NCBI GenBank assembly: GCA_034530875.2
Contig: JAVRCJ020000007.1
Coordinates: 96,001 to 160,000 of the forward strand
Direction of reading: 5' to 3'
DNA length: 64,000 bases
Source of the DNA: Nostoc sp. DedSLP01
GTDB lineage: Bacteria > Cyanobacteriota > Cyanobacteriia > Cyanobacteriales > Nostocaceae
The notes beneath the pieces are model-generated. The model made no database searches and was not told where the DNA came from. It was given only the letters and a program-made list of their open reading frames with translations. The position numbers and the translations under genes are program-made. Positions 53,399 to 64,000 of the stretch are shown here, one piece after another (position 1 is the stretch's first letter; every line of letters begins with the position of its first letter).

Positions 53399-54460
53399 CT
53401 AAATTCCTTTAAATCCCATATTTTTTTCTACCTGTTGTTGTGTTTGCATAGAACTTACTTTGGCAGATGCAACTTTGCTATGAGTTTTACGCTTAATGCC
53501 AAGGTGGCTGAGGATTATGCCTACCAAAATTAAGCTACCGCCAATATATTGAGCTAGGGTAGGAGCTTCACCCAAAATTAGATAGGCTGCTAAGATGCCT
53601 GCAATTGGGCTAAATGAGCCAACTAAGGAAGCCATCGATACTGTGGAAGTTTTTAAGCCTTTAATCCAAAAAGACTGCCCTACTACTACAATCAACGCAC
53701 CATACAGAAACATCCATTGCCATAAAAATGGTGAAAATACATCAGCAAAATGATTGCTGCCATAGAGTATCAAAGCAATCAAGAAAAAGATTAGGGTTCC
53801 GAGTGCAGTCCGAAAAATACTATAAATTCCCACTGGAATCTGGGAAAGCTGTTTTTTGCCAATAATTGTAGAAGCGGATATGGCTACCGATGCTGCTACT
53901 GCCAAAACTTCTCCTACACCTAAAGTCAAACCTCCCACGTTCATCATTGCTGTCTGTGGAGGTTGCAAGATAATAGTTAGGATAACGCCAACAAAAGCTG
54001 CGATCGCTCCGGCAATTTCCCAAAGATGCACCCGTTCTTTCAATAGCCAAATCGATAAAGCCAGAGTTAACACTGGTTCCAAGCGTCCAACCAAAATAAT
54101 ATTGTTCACCCCTGTAAGTGCTAATGCTTGGAAAATTAAGCCGGGGGCGATCGCTCCTGATAAAATAGCTACTGCTGTTAGACTGACCCAATCTTTGTCT
54201 GAAAGCTGCATCAAATTCGCTTTGTTCCACTGCCGCCCATAAATTAAAATTAGAAGTATCAAGGCACACAGGTTGCCTACGAACAATACATTACACAAAG
54301 AAATCGGATTGCGACCCCCCATAAAATGTTGGGCGCCAATTTCTGTAAGCTTGCGAGTTACTGCACTAGATGCTCCAAAAATTAGCATCGCTAGCCAGAG
54401 ATATGTTTGTCCGGAAATTTGTTTAGGGATTAGGCGAGGTAGTGTGTTGGGTCTAGTCAC
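53399..54460 (-). CDS. DMT/EamA-family transporter
   Basis: About 10 TM segments, duplicated EamA pattern (LEPVLTLALSIWLLKE; SPIAGILAAYLILGE). Confidence 0.9.
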   Translation of the reverse strand: MTRPNTLPRLIPKQISGQTYLWLAMLIFGASSAVTRKLTEIGAQHFMGGRNPISLCNVLFVGNLCALILLILIYGRQWNKANLMQLSDKDWVSLTAVAILSGAIAPGLIFQALALTGVNNIILVGRLEPVLTLALSIWLLKERVHLWEIAGAIAAFVGVILTIILQPPQTAMMNVGGLTLGVGEVLAVAASVAISASTIIGKKQLSQIPVGIYSIFRTALGTLIFFLIALILYGSNHFADVFSPFLWQWMFLYGALIVVVGQSFWIKGLKTSTVSMASLVGSFSPIAGILAAYLILGEAPTLAQYIGGSLILVGIILSHLGIKRKTHSKVASAKVSSMQTQQQVEKNMGFKGI

Positions 54461-54716
54461 AATAATATCGTGGCAATCAAAGCATTTTTAATTATCTTAA
54501 GTTGCTGTGTTCTAGTTCAGAATTAAGTTTTGCTGAAAAAATACTTAAATTCATCTGTGACTTTGAGATACCATTATTCCCTGAAAAAATCCTGAGAAAT
54601 CACTAAATCTTCTTTTGAAAAAAATTAATGAAAATACTTCCTGAGTTTCACCTCGGCTTCAGTCGCAACTGCGATGCTTTGGTTGTTCCGCAGAAATCAA
54701 ATTTCAGGAGTAACAA

Positions 54717-55079
54717 ATGAAACTTGCCCCACTAGTTACAAGCCTTGCCTTGGTTGGTTTTTTCACAGTTTGGGATGCACCGCTAAAAGTAATCAATCCT
54801 TCATTAATTCAAGCATCGGCAGCTGAAGAATTGCCTCTTGCAAAAAAACTAGAGTCGCTGACTAAGATTAAAGGTCAATTTGGTAGTGGCGATCAATTGC
54901 GTCGTTTCTTTTTTGGTGACTTGGAGCCAATTGGTATTCAACCTGGTGGAGCAGGTCATGTAGTTAATCTTTACAACAAAGCTAATGATGTTACATTTTC
55001 TTACTGTTCAACTTATGATGTAGTTGTTGCCATTAAGAAAGGGAAGGTGGCAAAGTTTGAACCGAATGAAGTGAAATAA
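54717..55079 (+). CDS. Hypothetical exported protein
   Basis: RBS CAGGAG, signal-peptide-like N-terminus, terminator-like hairpin at 55124..55154. Confidence 0.7.
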   Translation: MKLAPLVTSLALVGFFTVWDAPLKVINPSLIQASAAEELPLAKKLESLTKIKGQFGSGDQLRRFFFGDLEPIGIQPGGAGHVVNLYNKANDVTFSYCSTYDVVVAIKKGKVAKFEPNEVK

Positions 55080-55568
55080 GTTAAAAAGCGATCGCCTGCA
55101 AAAATTAAATTATTTATCAATAAGATACTCGGCTGTTCAAAAAAGCCGGGTATCTATAGTTTTCTATTCTAAACTTGGTGTTGTTCTAATTGAGTGCTAA
55201 TAACACCATTAATTTCTGACTATTTAATTTAAGTAAAATTTCACAATTCCATTGTATACAAATAGTATATATATTTAGTAAAATTTCTCTATTAAATTAA
55301 TCAAACTTTTTACTTCCAGCTATTTCCAGATAAATACGCTAAGCTTTGGGGTTACAGTAATGTTCCCGAAAAAATACGTGTTTCAAATAGCTGTAAATAT
55401 TTGAAAACTTATACCAATTCTGTATGAAGATACACATAATCAAGACCCCCCTGTAGTCCCCCCTTGGCAAGGGGGGACGGCGTAGCCGGGGGGTAAATAG
55501 ATCTAGCTTCACAAAGAAACGGTATTAGCATTTGATTTGTAAAATTATTTTTTCACCTATGCAATATT

Positions 55569-56849
55569 ATGCAATATGCATCCATGAGTAAAACCAGTGA
55601 TGACGAAGCATTTTTACAAAACCAAACTTGGCAGCGCGAACGGCAAATCATAGCGCGTTTGTCTTCTTTGAATTATCGAACTGGTGAACTAGGAAGCTAT
55701 TTGCACAACATTGCTTGCGGAGTCAGCGAATTAATTAGAGTTGATTGGACAGTTGTAACTTTTTGCCAAGAGGGGCTAGAAACTATTCTTGCCAGTAGTT
55801 TGGACATGGCAGAAGATGCACCCCGCGTATATGCTTTGCATGGTCGGCTAATTTCTACAGTGTTACAAATTGGGCGCACATTAGCAGTTAAAGATGCTGT
55901 AGCTAATCCAGAGTACGGCAGACCTGCACCCGGTTATCGAGCATATTTAGGAATACCGTTGCAAACTTCTGAAGGTCAAATATTTGGTACTATCTGCTCT
56001 TTTCATCGCCAGCCACGGGAGTTTTCTGGCGATGAAATTCAAATTGTGGAGTTATTTGCAGAAAGAGCTGCTACTGCGATCGACCACTATCATCTGTACC
56101 AGCAACAGTGTCAATTTAATCATATCCTAGAGGCTGAAGTAGAAAAACGCACGGCAGAATTACGAGCAGCCCAAGCCAAATTAGTAGAACAAGAACGGCT
56201 GGCGGCTATTGGTGAATTTGCTGCCATTATCGTCCATGAAATTCGTAATCCCTTAACTACGATGATTATGGGATTAAAGTATTTCCGCAAAACCGTTCTT
56301 ACTGAATCTGCCCAAGAAAGATTAGAGTTAGCATTAAGCGAAGCTAGCCGCCTAGAACGTCTATTGAGCGAAATTTTACTCTACGCTAAACCCCAAGTTT
56401 TACAGCTTTCTGAATTGGATATAAATGAATTCATTAATGAATTACTTGTACCCATACGTGAAATGCCAGAAGCTGTAGAACGGCAAATTGAATTTATTCC
56501 AGCATCACCTACGGTAAAAATTTTGGGGGATAAAGATAAACTCAAACAAGTATTTATCAATATTGTTCGTAATGCTTGTGAGGCAGTTGTACCAGGAGAC
56601 ATTATTAAGTGGACAGTAGATTCTGATACAGATAAAGCGTGCATTAGCGTCCAAAATGGTGGCGAACCAATTCCAGCAGAAATTATTGCCAAGCTTTCTA
56701 CACCGTTCTTTTCTACAAAACCTTGTGGCACTGGATTAGGGCTTGCGATTACCAAACGTATAGTCAATGCTCACAATGGAGAACTGTTAATTTCTTCAGA
56801 CTTAGTAACAGGAACTACTGTAAGCGTTCAATTACCTGTAGTTAATTAA
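55569..56849 (+). CDS. GAF-domain sensor histidine kinase
   Basis: GAF (AYLGIPL..FGTIC), H-box HEIRNPL, N-box NIVRNA, FFSTK..GTGLGL. Confidence 0.93.
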   Translation: MQYASMSKTSDDEAFLQNQTWQRERQIIARLSSLNYRTGELGSYLHNIACGVSELIRVDWTVVTFCQEGLETILASSLDMAEDAPRVYALHGRLISTVLQIGRTLAVKDAVANPEYGRPAPGYRAYLGIPLQTSEGQIFGTICSFHRQPREFSGDEIQIVELFAERAATAIDHYHLYQQQCQFNHILEAEVEKRTAELRAAQAKLVEQERLAAIGEFAAIIVHEIRNPLTTMIMGLKYFRKTVLTESAQERLELALSEASRLERLLSEILLYAKPQVLQLSELDINEFINELLVPIREMPEAVERQIEFIPASPTVKILGDKDKLKQVFINIVRNACEAVVPGDIIKWTVDSDTDKACISVQNGGEPIPAEIIAKLSTPFFSTKPCGTGLGLAITKRIVNAHNGELLISSDLVTGTTVSVQLPVVN

Positions 56850-56896
56850 TATCTTCATGTAAATACAAATAGTGGATTCTATCCTTTAGTATTTTT

Positions 56897-57937
56897 CTAA
56901 ACAATTGCATTTTTAATATCATTAATTAATTCATCAATTCTTGATTTAGTTGTATTCCAAGAACAGACAAAGCGTACTCCTCCCACACCAATGAACGTAT
57001 AAAATTGCCAGTTTTTGGCTTTTAAGCTGTGAATGACTTGTTCGGGTAGTTTGACGAACACGGCATTGGCTTCTCTAGGAAACATGAAATCAACACCTTC
57101 TATATTCAATAGCTGATTTTCTAAATATTCAGCACATTGATTCGCATGTCTAGCATTTTTTAGCCAAGCACCAGTTTCTAATAAACCCAGCCAAGGAGCA
57201 GAGATAAATCGCATTTTAGAAGCTAATTGACCTGCTTGCTTACACCGATAATCAAAATCTTCAGCTAGGGCTTTGTTGAAGAAAATAATTGCTTCACCTA
57301 ATGCCATGCCATTCTTAGTACCGCAAAAGCACAACACATCTACGCCAGATTTCCAACTAATTTCGGCGGGGCTTTTATTCATTGCGGCAACTGCATTGGC
57401 AAAACGAGCGCCATCCATGTGAATTTTTAAGTTATGCTTTTTCGCAACTTCTTTAATTTGCAAAAGTTCTTCAATAGTATATAAAGTTCCTAATTCAGTT
57501 GATTGTGTAATGCTAATAACTTTAGGTTTGGGATAATGAATGTCATTACGCTTAGTGACAACTGCCTCTACAGCTTGTGCTGTTAACTTACCATTTTTAC
57601 CTTGAGCAAGTAACAGTTTAGAGCCGTTAGAAGCAAATTCTGGTGCGCCACATTCGTCTGTTTCGATGTGAGAAGTTTCATGACAAATGACGCTGTGATA
57701 TGACTGACAAAGTGCAGCTAAAGATAAAGAATTTGCTGCTGTACCGTTAAAGGCAAAAAATACTTCACAGTCAATTTCAAAGAGTTCTCGAAAATAATCT
57801 GCGGCTTTTTGAGTCCATTCATCATTTCCATAAGCGGGAACGCTACCTTCATTGGCCCTAATCATATATTCCAGGGCTTCCGGACAAATACCAGAGGAAT
57901 TATCACTTGCAAACTGCTCTAAGGGCTTAGTCATCAT
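56897..57937 (-). CDS. ltaE: Low-specificity L-threonine aldolase
   Basis: FASDNSSG, GTAANSL, HIETDECGAPE, HMDGARFANA, GTKNG. Confidence 0.9.
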   Translation of the reverse strand: MMTKPLEQFASDNSSGICPEALEYMIRANEGSVPAYGNDEWTQKAADYFRELFEIDCEVFFAFNGTAANSLSLAALCQSYHSVICHETSHIETDECGAPEFASNGSKLLLAQGKNGKLTAQAVEAVVTKRNDIHYPKPKVISITQSTELGTLYTIEELLQIKEVAKKHNLKIHMDGARFANAVAAMNKSPAEISWKSGVDVLCFCGTKNGMALGEAIIFFNKALAEDFDYRCKQAGQLASKMRFISAPWLGLLETGAWLKNARHANQCAEYLENQLLNIEGVDFMFPREANAVFVKLPEQVIHSLKAKNWQFYTFIGVGGVRFVCSWNTTKSRIDELINDIKNAIV

Positions 57938-58509
57938 CTCTAAGTTGATTTTTATTAGTATTTTTTCCAATGTTAGTGAATAATTTTGCCACCTGCCAAC
58001 TCAAGATTTTTGATTCTACAATCGTACTGAGTGCTTGATGCTTTGGCTAAATGATTGGTTTCCTAATATCCACAGATAACTAAAGTCTGAGTTGCAGTTT
58101 ACTGAGATATTTGGTTACTATAAGATGTTTATCGATCGCGGTATACTCGGAAACCTGAGGTTGAGGTATTTTGCGAAGTGAAACCTTTTAGCTAAATATT
58201 GTGCTAAAAAAATAAAGTTTACCAATTGAATGCTAATTATATACTTATAATGTATTGCACAATCTACGGACAATAACTATGAGATTACTATTGGGCATAT
58301 TTGTCCTTTCTGATTTGTCAGATAATTTTGCATTTTCAATTTTGGATTGACCTACGGATGAATCTGCTTGATTTGTACTATTAAGAAATCATTGGCTATT
58401 TGACTTTGTTATTTATTGTTTGTCAGTTACCAATAGCTAACGGCTAACGACCAATGACTAATGACTAATGACCAATGACTAATGACCAATGACTAGTAAT
58501 TCATAACTA

Positions 58510-59292
58510 ATGACTGAACCATTAATTGAACTCAAAAATGTTTCTAAGTCCTTTGGTAGCCATAAAGTTCTAGACAATGTAGATTTAACAATTTATCGAG
58601 GAGAAGCACTAGGAATTATTGGGCCATCGGGGACTGGGAAATCGACGATTTTACGGGTAATAGCAGGTTTGCTAGCTCCTGATGAAGGAGAAATTTACGT
58701 TCAAGGAGTGCTACGAGAAGGTTTGATTGAAGATGGTAGCGAGCCGGTTGGTATTGGTATGGTGTTTCAACAGGCGGCGTTATTTGATTCGCTGACGGTC
58801 GAGGAGAATGTAGGATTTTTACTTTATCAAAATTCAAAGTTACCGCGATCGCGCATTCAAGATTTGGTAAAAGAAAAATTAGAAATGGTCGGCTTATCAG
58901 GAATTAGCGACCTTTATCCAGCAGAACTTTCTGGAGGAATGCGAAAACGAGTTAGTTTTGCCCGTGCGATTATGTCTAACCCCGATAATCCTAAAGACAG
59001 TGCAGAAGTTTTATTGTACGATGAACCAACAGCAGGACTCGATCCCATTGCTTCAACAGTAATAGAAGATTTAATCCGTTCTTTACAATGTACCCAAGGA
59101 GTATGCAGCACTTATGCTGTTGTTACTCACCAAGATAGTACTATACGCCGTACAGCTGATAGACTTATATTTTTGTATGAAGGAAAAGTACAGTGGCAGG
59201 GTACAGTTAATGAAATATATACCACAGAACATCCTTTAATTAAACAATTTATTAGTGGAAGCGTTGAAGGGCCAATTCAGGTCGTCGGTTAA
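58510..59292 (+). CDS. MlaF/Ttg2A-like ABC transporter ATP-binding protein
   Basis: GPSGTGKS, LSGGMRKRV, LLYDEPTAGLDP; adjacent to an MCE gene. Confidence 0.92.
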   Translation: MTEPLIELKNVSKSFGSHKVLDNVDLTIYRGEALGIIGPSGTGKSTILRVIAGLLAPDEGEIYVQGVLREGLIEDGSEPVGIGMVFQQAALFDSLTVEENVGFLLYQNSKLPRSRIQDLVKEKLEMVGLSGISDLYPAELSGGMRKRVSFARAIMSNPDNPKDSAEVLLYDEPTAGLDPIASTVIEDLIRSLQCTQGVCSTYAVVTHQDSTIRRTADRLIFLYEGKVQWQGTVNEIYTTEHPLIKQFISGSVEGPIQVVG

Positions 59293-59412
59293 AAAGTTAG
59301 GAGTTAAAAGTTAAGAATGAAGATTTAAATTTCATAACTTAATCATCGCTACTAAGTTATAAATTTTAACTCCTAACTCTTAAGTTATGAATAATTATTG
59401 GAGAGAGATATA

Positions 59413-60906
59413 ATGCGAGATTTTATCAGAAACCGCTTCGCCTCTGGGCGAACATTTAGAGAAGGTTCTGTGGGATTGTTACTTCTGCTAGGACTAGGGG
59501 TATTTACAATACTTTTCCTATGGATAAATAGAGTCAATACTGGTCGCGGTTCATACAAAGCTATTATCGAATTTGCTAACGCTGGGGGAATGCAAAAGGG
59601 AACGCCAGTTCGCTATCGTGGCGTTAAGGTAGGAAATATTTCCCAAATTAGGCCAGGAGCAAATGTCATTGATGTAGAGATTGAAATTGTTCAAAAAGAC
59701 TTGATTATTCCTCGTGATGTAGCGATAGAAGCCAATCAAAGCGGATTAATTAGCGAAAGTATGATTGATATTACACCAAGAACAACGCTTCCGACTGGAG
59801 TGGCGATCGCTAAACCTCTGGATAAAGATTGTAATGCGAACCTGATCGTTTGTAATGGCTCTCGATTACGAGGTCAGGTTGGGATCAGTGTTGATGAACT
59901 AATTCGCAGTTCAACTGAACTAGCTAATGCATACAACCAACCAAAATTTTATAGAAATATCAATGGAGTTTTGGAATCCGCTACAGTTGCAGCAAATAGT
60001 TTTACAGATTTAAGTCAGGATCTGAGAACTTTAACTAAAAGTTTACGGCAACAATTAAATGCATTTTCCGCTACTGCTAATTCAGTGCAACGTGCGACTA
60101 ACCAACTTAATGAATCTGCAACTGAAACAGTAAATCAGTTTGGTGTAACTGCAACTCAAGCAAATCGATTGCTGACGAATCTAGATAACTTATTGGTCAC
60201 AAATCGTTCTGCACTAGTTAACGCGCTGAACAATATTACCGAAACTAGCAATCAATTACGTGTTACAGTTAGTAGCTTATCACCAGCTGTTAATCGCTTC
60301 ACTCAAGGAGAATTGCTAAATAATTTAGAAGCTTTATCTAATAATGCCGCACAAGCCTCAGCTAACTTACGTGATGCTACTAAAACCTTAAACGATCCAA
60401 AAAATATCGTTGTATTGCAGCAAACTTTAGATTCAGCACGGGTAACATTTGAAAATACCCAAAAAATTACATCTGATTTAGATGAATTGACAGGCGATCC
60501 TACTTTCCGGCAAAATCTACGGCAACTTGTAAATGGTTTAAGTAGTTTAGTATCTTCTACGCAACAGATGCAGCAACAAGTACAGGTTGCTACTACTTTA
60601 GATTCAGTAAAAACTGCTGTGAATAAACCAAATAATATGATTCGTACTCCAGCAGTAATTCCACAGGAATTAGCCAATGAAAAACTAGTTTTGAAGTTGC
60701 CTTTACCCAACACCGAACCTGAGAAAAATCCTGAAGCTTACGCAATTAATCCACCTCCAGCTTTGGAGAGTGGTACTACCAATTCTCAACTAATTCCGAG
60801 TCCAACTTTACCTAATTCATCCCAAGAAAATCTGTTGAGACAGCTGCGGGAATATGGCAAGCAACGAGAGCAAATGAATACAGAAAATAAGCAAATCCAG
60901 CAATAG
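59413..60906 (+). CDS. MlaD/MCE-family protein (Ycf22-like)
   Basis: REGSVGL, FANAGGMQKGTPVRYRGVKVG, long coiled coil. Confidence 0.9.
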   Translation: MRDFIRNRFASGRTFREGSVGLLLLLGLGVFTILFLWINRVNTGRGSYKAIIEFANAGGMQKGTPVRYRGVKVGNISQIRPGANVIDVEIEIVQKDLIIPRDVAIEANQSGLISESMIDITPRTTLPTGVAIAKPLDKDCNANLIVCNGSRLRGQVGISVDELIRSSTELANAYNQPKFYRNINGVLESATVAANSFTDLSQDLRTLTKSLRQQLNAFSATANSVQRATNQLNESATETVNQFGVTATQANRLLTNLDNLLVTNRSALVNALNNITETSNQLRVTVSSLSPAVNRFTQGELLNNLEALSNNAAQASANLRDATKTLNDPKNIVVLQQTLDSARVTFENTQKITSDLDELTGDPTFRQNLRQLVNGLSSLVSSTQQMQQQVQVATTLDSVKTAVNKPNNMIRTPAVIPQELANEKLVLKLPLPNTEPEKNPEAYAINPPPALESGTTNSQLIPSPTLPNSSQENLLRQLREYGKQREQMNTENKQIQQ

Positions 60907-60955
60907 CTATTGCTCATTTTGAAACGACAATAAAGAACAGCAAATGACTAATGGT

Positions 60956-62056
60956 TCATTGCGATATTGATTCCTCTGCTAGTAATTCTGATGCTGGTTC
61001 GCTTTCAATTACATTCTCGGAATCATCAGACTTAGAAAAACCATCTGTTAGATCTTTAATAAAACCAGCTATAGGTACGGCGATTAGCAAACCTAAAACT
61101 CCACCAATATTGGTGCCAACAAGCAAAGCAATTAATACCCATATTGGTCGAATGCCAGTAAATTTGCCTAAAAGACGAGGTGCGATCGCCTGATCGATTA
61201 ACTGGTCAATTACAACAGCCACCGCAAAAACTTTCACTGCTAACCAAAAGTTATGTGAAGCTATAATTAAAGTTATTACAACGAGACTAACAACATCACC
61301 AAAAGGAATTAAGCTCAAAAGCCCAACTCCCAAACCAAATAGTAAAGCAAACTGGATTTGAAAAACTAAAAATAGTAATGTTTCTGACAATCCCATCAGC
61401 AAAGCCAAAGTTCCTTGACCAATCAAGTAATTTTGGAAATTTTGCTGAATCGACTGGCTTACTTTTTGAGCATAAATTCCAGGAAATTTCTTAAATAAGC
61501 CTTCCCAGATTCTCGGTCCATCTAATAATAGATAAAAAGCCAGCACTACAATAATTAGAGCCTCAGATATATTATCTATTGTATCAATAATAATACTTAA
61601 AAGTTTATCTGAAATAAACTCTAACTCACGAGGCAATTGTTCGGTAACTTGTGTTAATAATTGTCTGAGGTTGACATTTAACTTATGGCTAGAAAACCAT
61701 TGATTTAAAATCTCTAGTTTTTCTTCGCTAGAATCAATCCATTGGGGAAGAAGCCTCGCCATCTCATTAAATTGGTCTAGAACAATAGGTAGTAAAATAA
61801 TACCCAAAGCTCCGAAAGTTATTGATGCTAGGATAAAAACTAAGGCTACTGCATAGTTGCGTTTAACTCCTTTCCCTTGGAGAACCGCAACAGGGAAGTT
61901 TAAAATAAATGCCAGCAAAGCAGACAATAAAAGAATTGTCACCACAGGCTGTAAACCTTGAAAAACCCGCAATGCTAGCCAAACATTGAGGAAAACTAAA
62001 GGAAATAGTAACGTTACAATTAACCATTTCAGTAGTTGATTGAGCGACAAATTCAT
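60956..62056 (-). CDS. AI-2E family transporter
   Basis: FYLLLDG, LIPFG, IAPRLLG..TGIRP.WVL, GG.LGLLIAVP. Confidence 0.9.
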   Translation of the reverse strand: MNLSLNQLLKWLIVTLLFPLVFLNVWLALRVFQGLQPVVTILLLSALLAFILNFPVAVLQGKGVKRNYAVALVFILASITFGALGIILLPIVLDQFNEMARLLPQWIDSSEEKLEILNQWFSSHKLNVNLRQLLTQVTEQLPRELEFISDKLLSIIIDTIDNISEALIIVVLAFYLLLDGPRIWEGLFKKFPGIYAQKVSQSIQQNFQNYLIGQGTLALLMGLSETLLFLVFQIQFALLFGLGVGLLSLIPFGDVVSLVVITLIIASHNFWLAVKVFAVAVVIDQLIDQAIAPRLLGKFTGIRPIWVLIALLVGTNIGGVLGLLIAVPIAGFIKDLTDGFSKSDDSENVIESEPASELLAEESISQ

Positions 62057-62133
62057 ATTTAATAAATTTGGTAAAATGACAAAATCTTTCCTCACTCTTC
62101 GCCTTCACCTATAATTTTTGAATTCTTGTAATC

Positions 62134-63567
62134 CTAATTTTCTTGAAAAGCTAAAAATTGCTCGTCATTTATCCTTCCTGCTTGATATAGAGTATTGGTA
62201 ATTTCTGAAATAGTTAAAACTGCATGACCGCGATAACCATTTTGCTGTAACCTATCTTTTACACCTTGTTCGTGGTCGATAAATACTACAATGTCATTAA
62301 CATTTAATCCTGCTGATTCTAACTTTTCTGCTCCTTCCATCACACTTTTACCGCTGATGAGAATATCATCAACTACGACAACTGTTTCGCCAGGATGAAA
62401 ATTACCCTCAATTACTTTCCGAGTTCCGTGGGCTTTTAATTCTTTGCGAGGAAAAATCATCGGACAATTAAGCCGTAAAGCCAAACCAGTTGCAGTTGGC
62501 AAAGAACCATAAGGAATACCTGCTAATCTATCAAAATTAAGGTTCTTTAAAATCTCCTCATAAGCAGTGAGAACTTGGTTGAAAACTTGAGGATTAGAAA
62601 TAATTTTGCGTAAATCAATGTAATAAGGAAATACGGCTCCTGATGCTTGGACAAAATTGCCAAACATAATACAGCCTATATCATATAGTTGTAAAATCAA
62701 ATCCTGCTGGGGATGCTGATTTAACAAACAAACATCAGGAAACCATACAGAACAAGTAGAATTTTCGTCAATAATTTCAGTTTTGATTTGATTAATTTCG
62801 GCGCGTAAAGATTGAATTTCCTGAGATAATTGTGGATTTCCCAGCATATCTTGAGGAACAGGAATTAACAAACCATCACCGTTAGTATTTAAGCCAGTTT
62901 CTAAAATTTGCCTCAGGTTTGTTCCCTCTGCCCAAATACTACGCACCATAATAGTTCTCTCAGGGGCCACTCCTCGAATCAGCGCTAAAACTTCAGAATT
63001 TGTAGTTCCTACTTCTAAACCCAATTGTTCTGGAATTCCCCAGTTTTTTGATTCTTTTACTATTTGCAAATAAAGTGGTGATTCCTTTGTGGGATACTGT
63101 TGTAAAGTTTCTGCTCCTGGATTAGAAGTACAGCATAAAATAAACACTGCTTTATCAGGATAAGCCAAAAAAGGTACTACATGATCTTGTCCTGTATACG
63201 GGCTAAGAGTGATTGCATCGATTTCCCATTCTGTAAACACAGTACGAGCAAAGATATTACTTGTATTTAAGTCACTGTGTTTAGCATCTAAAATAATGGG
63301 AATGTGGGATGGAATAGCTGCTAAAGTTTTGTGCAGTAATTCTAAACCAGGAATACCTAGCGCTTCATAAAAGCCGAGTGTTGGTTTATAAGCACAAACA
63401 AAATTGGACGTTTCGGAAATAATGAATTGCATCCATTCCCATAAACCAGCAATAATATCTTCCGATTGATAACGGCTAGGCATCATTTCTGGATTAGGAT
63501 CGAGTCCTACAAATAAGAAGCTTTCATTTTGCAAAATCATCCGATTTAATTTATCAGAAAAATTCAT
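62134..63567 (-). CDS. pyrF/pyrE: Bifunctional OMP decarboxylase / orotate phosphoribosyltransferase
   Basis: VGLDP, YKPTLGFY, ILDAKHSD, then SGAVFPYYIDLR and the PRPP motif VVVVDDILISGKS. Confidence 0.92.
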   Translation of the reverse strand: MNFSDKLNRMILQNESFLFVGLDPNPEMMPSRYQSEDIIAGLWEWMQFIISETSNFVCAYKPTLGFYEALGIPGLELLHKTLAAIPSHIPIILDAKHSDLNTSNIFARTVFTEWEIDAITLSPYTGQDHVVPFLAYPDKAVFILCCTSNPGAETLQQYPTKESPLYLQIVKESKNWGIPEQLGLEVGTTNSEVLALIRGVAPERTIMVRSIWAEGTNLRQILETGLNTNGDGLLIPVPQDMLGNPQLSQEIQSLRAEINQIKTEIIDENSTCSVWFPDVCLLNQHPQQDLILQLYDIGCIMFGNFVQASGAVFPYYIDLRKIISNPQVFNQVLTAYEEILKNLNFDRLAGIPYGSLPTATGLALRLNCPMIFPRKELKAHGTRKVIEGNFHPGETVVVVDDILISGKSVMEGAEKLESAGLNVNDIVVFIDHEQGVKDRLQQNGYRGHAVLTISEITNTLYQAGRINDEQFLAFQEN

Positions 63568-63689
63568 ATCTTTGGGTTTTATAAAAGAATAAATATCTAA
63601 ATCAGCAAAATATTTTTTTAGGCATAAGATTTATATATTTAGAAATTCGTAATTTTATTCTAAAATTTGAATTCCCAACTGAGAAATAT

Positions 63690-64000
63690 CTAAATTCCTG
63701 CAAACCATTCGTAACCCTGATCCTCCCAGTAACCTTTAAAAGGCGATAAATAACTAGTGAAGGTAATTTGAGTTACCCACTTACTTTGCTTATAACCGAG
63801 TTTAATTGGTGAAGCCAAACGCAATGGCGCACCATTTTCTACTGGCAAAGGATTGCCATTTTTTTGATAGGCTAACAAAGTTTGAGGATGTAAAACTGAA
63901 GCTATATCCCAACTTTCATAGTAGCCATCGGCTGATTTAAAGTAAGCATATTGGATATTCGGCTTAGGTTGAGCAAGGGCAATAATTTCTTGCAAACGTA
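63690..64000 (-). CDS. Molybdopterin-dependent oxidoreductase (sulfite oxidase/MsrP-like), 3' part
   Basis: HPQTLLAY..NG.PLP..NGAPLRL..PIKLGYKQSKWV...GYWEDQGY. The start lies beyond the window. Confidence 0.85.
   Translation of the reverse strand, partial: RLQEIIALAQPKPNIQYAYFKSADGYYESWDIASVLHPQTLLAYQKNGNPLPVENGAPLRLASPIKLGYKQSKWVTQITFTSYLSPFKGYWEDQGYEWFAGI

Noticed and set aside
53186..53533. ORFs with GSV or PHT tripeptide repeats
   Set aside because: These are artefacts of the 9-mer tandem repeat; one overlaps the DMT gene in antisense.

Overview
This window is chromosomal DNA from a heterocyst-forming cyanobacterium (Nostoc-like). The evidence is abundant HIP1 GCGATCGC octamers, heptamer STRR repeats, small dispersed repeats and the fraCDE septal-junction operon. 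Most of it is housekeeping: glgX, dnaG, acnB, purN, fraC/D/E, cobO-like, psb32, dusB, acsF, ndhV, ltaE, mlaF/mlaD-like and fused pyrF/pyrE. Four parts are unusual. (1) A stand-alone nifH-nifE-nifN cluster has no nifD/K. Its NifE keeps the three [4Fe-4S] ligands but has Ser (TCT) at both cofactor-binding Cys positions, and it lies behind an internally deleted VnfR-like regulator remnant. (2) An AT-rich, HIP1-free island encodes a DUF3696-type ABC ATPase and a partner gene broken by one in-frame stop, next to a hicB-hicA pair whose toxin breaks off at a HIP1 site. (3) A TetR regulator fused to a degenerate tyrosine-recombinase domain faces a desaturase across two operator-like palindromes. (4) There are several small mobile palindromes, one inserted in frame into dnaG. 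No rRNA, tRNA or CRISPR array was seen. All family assignments come from motif recognition by eye, not from database searches.
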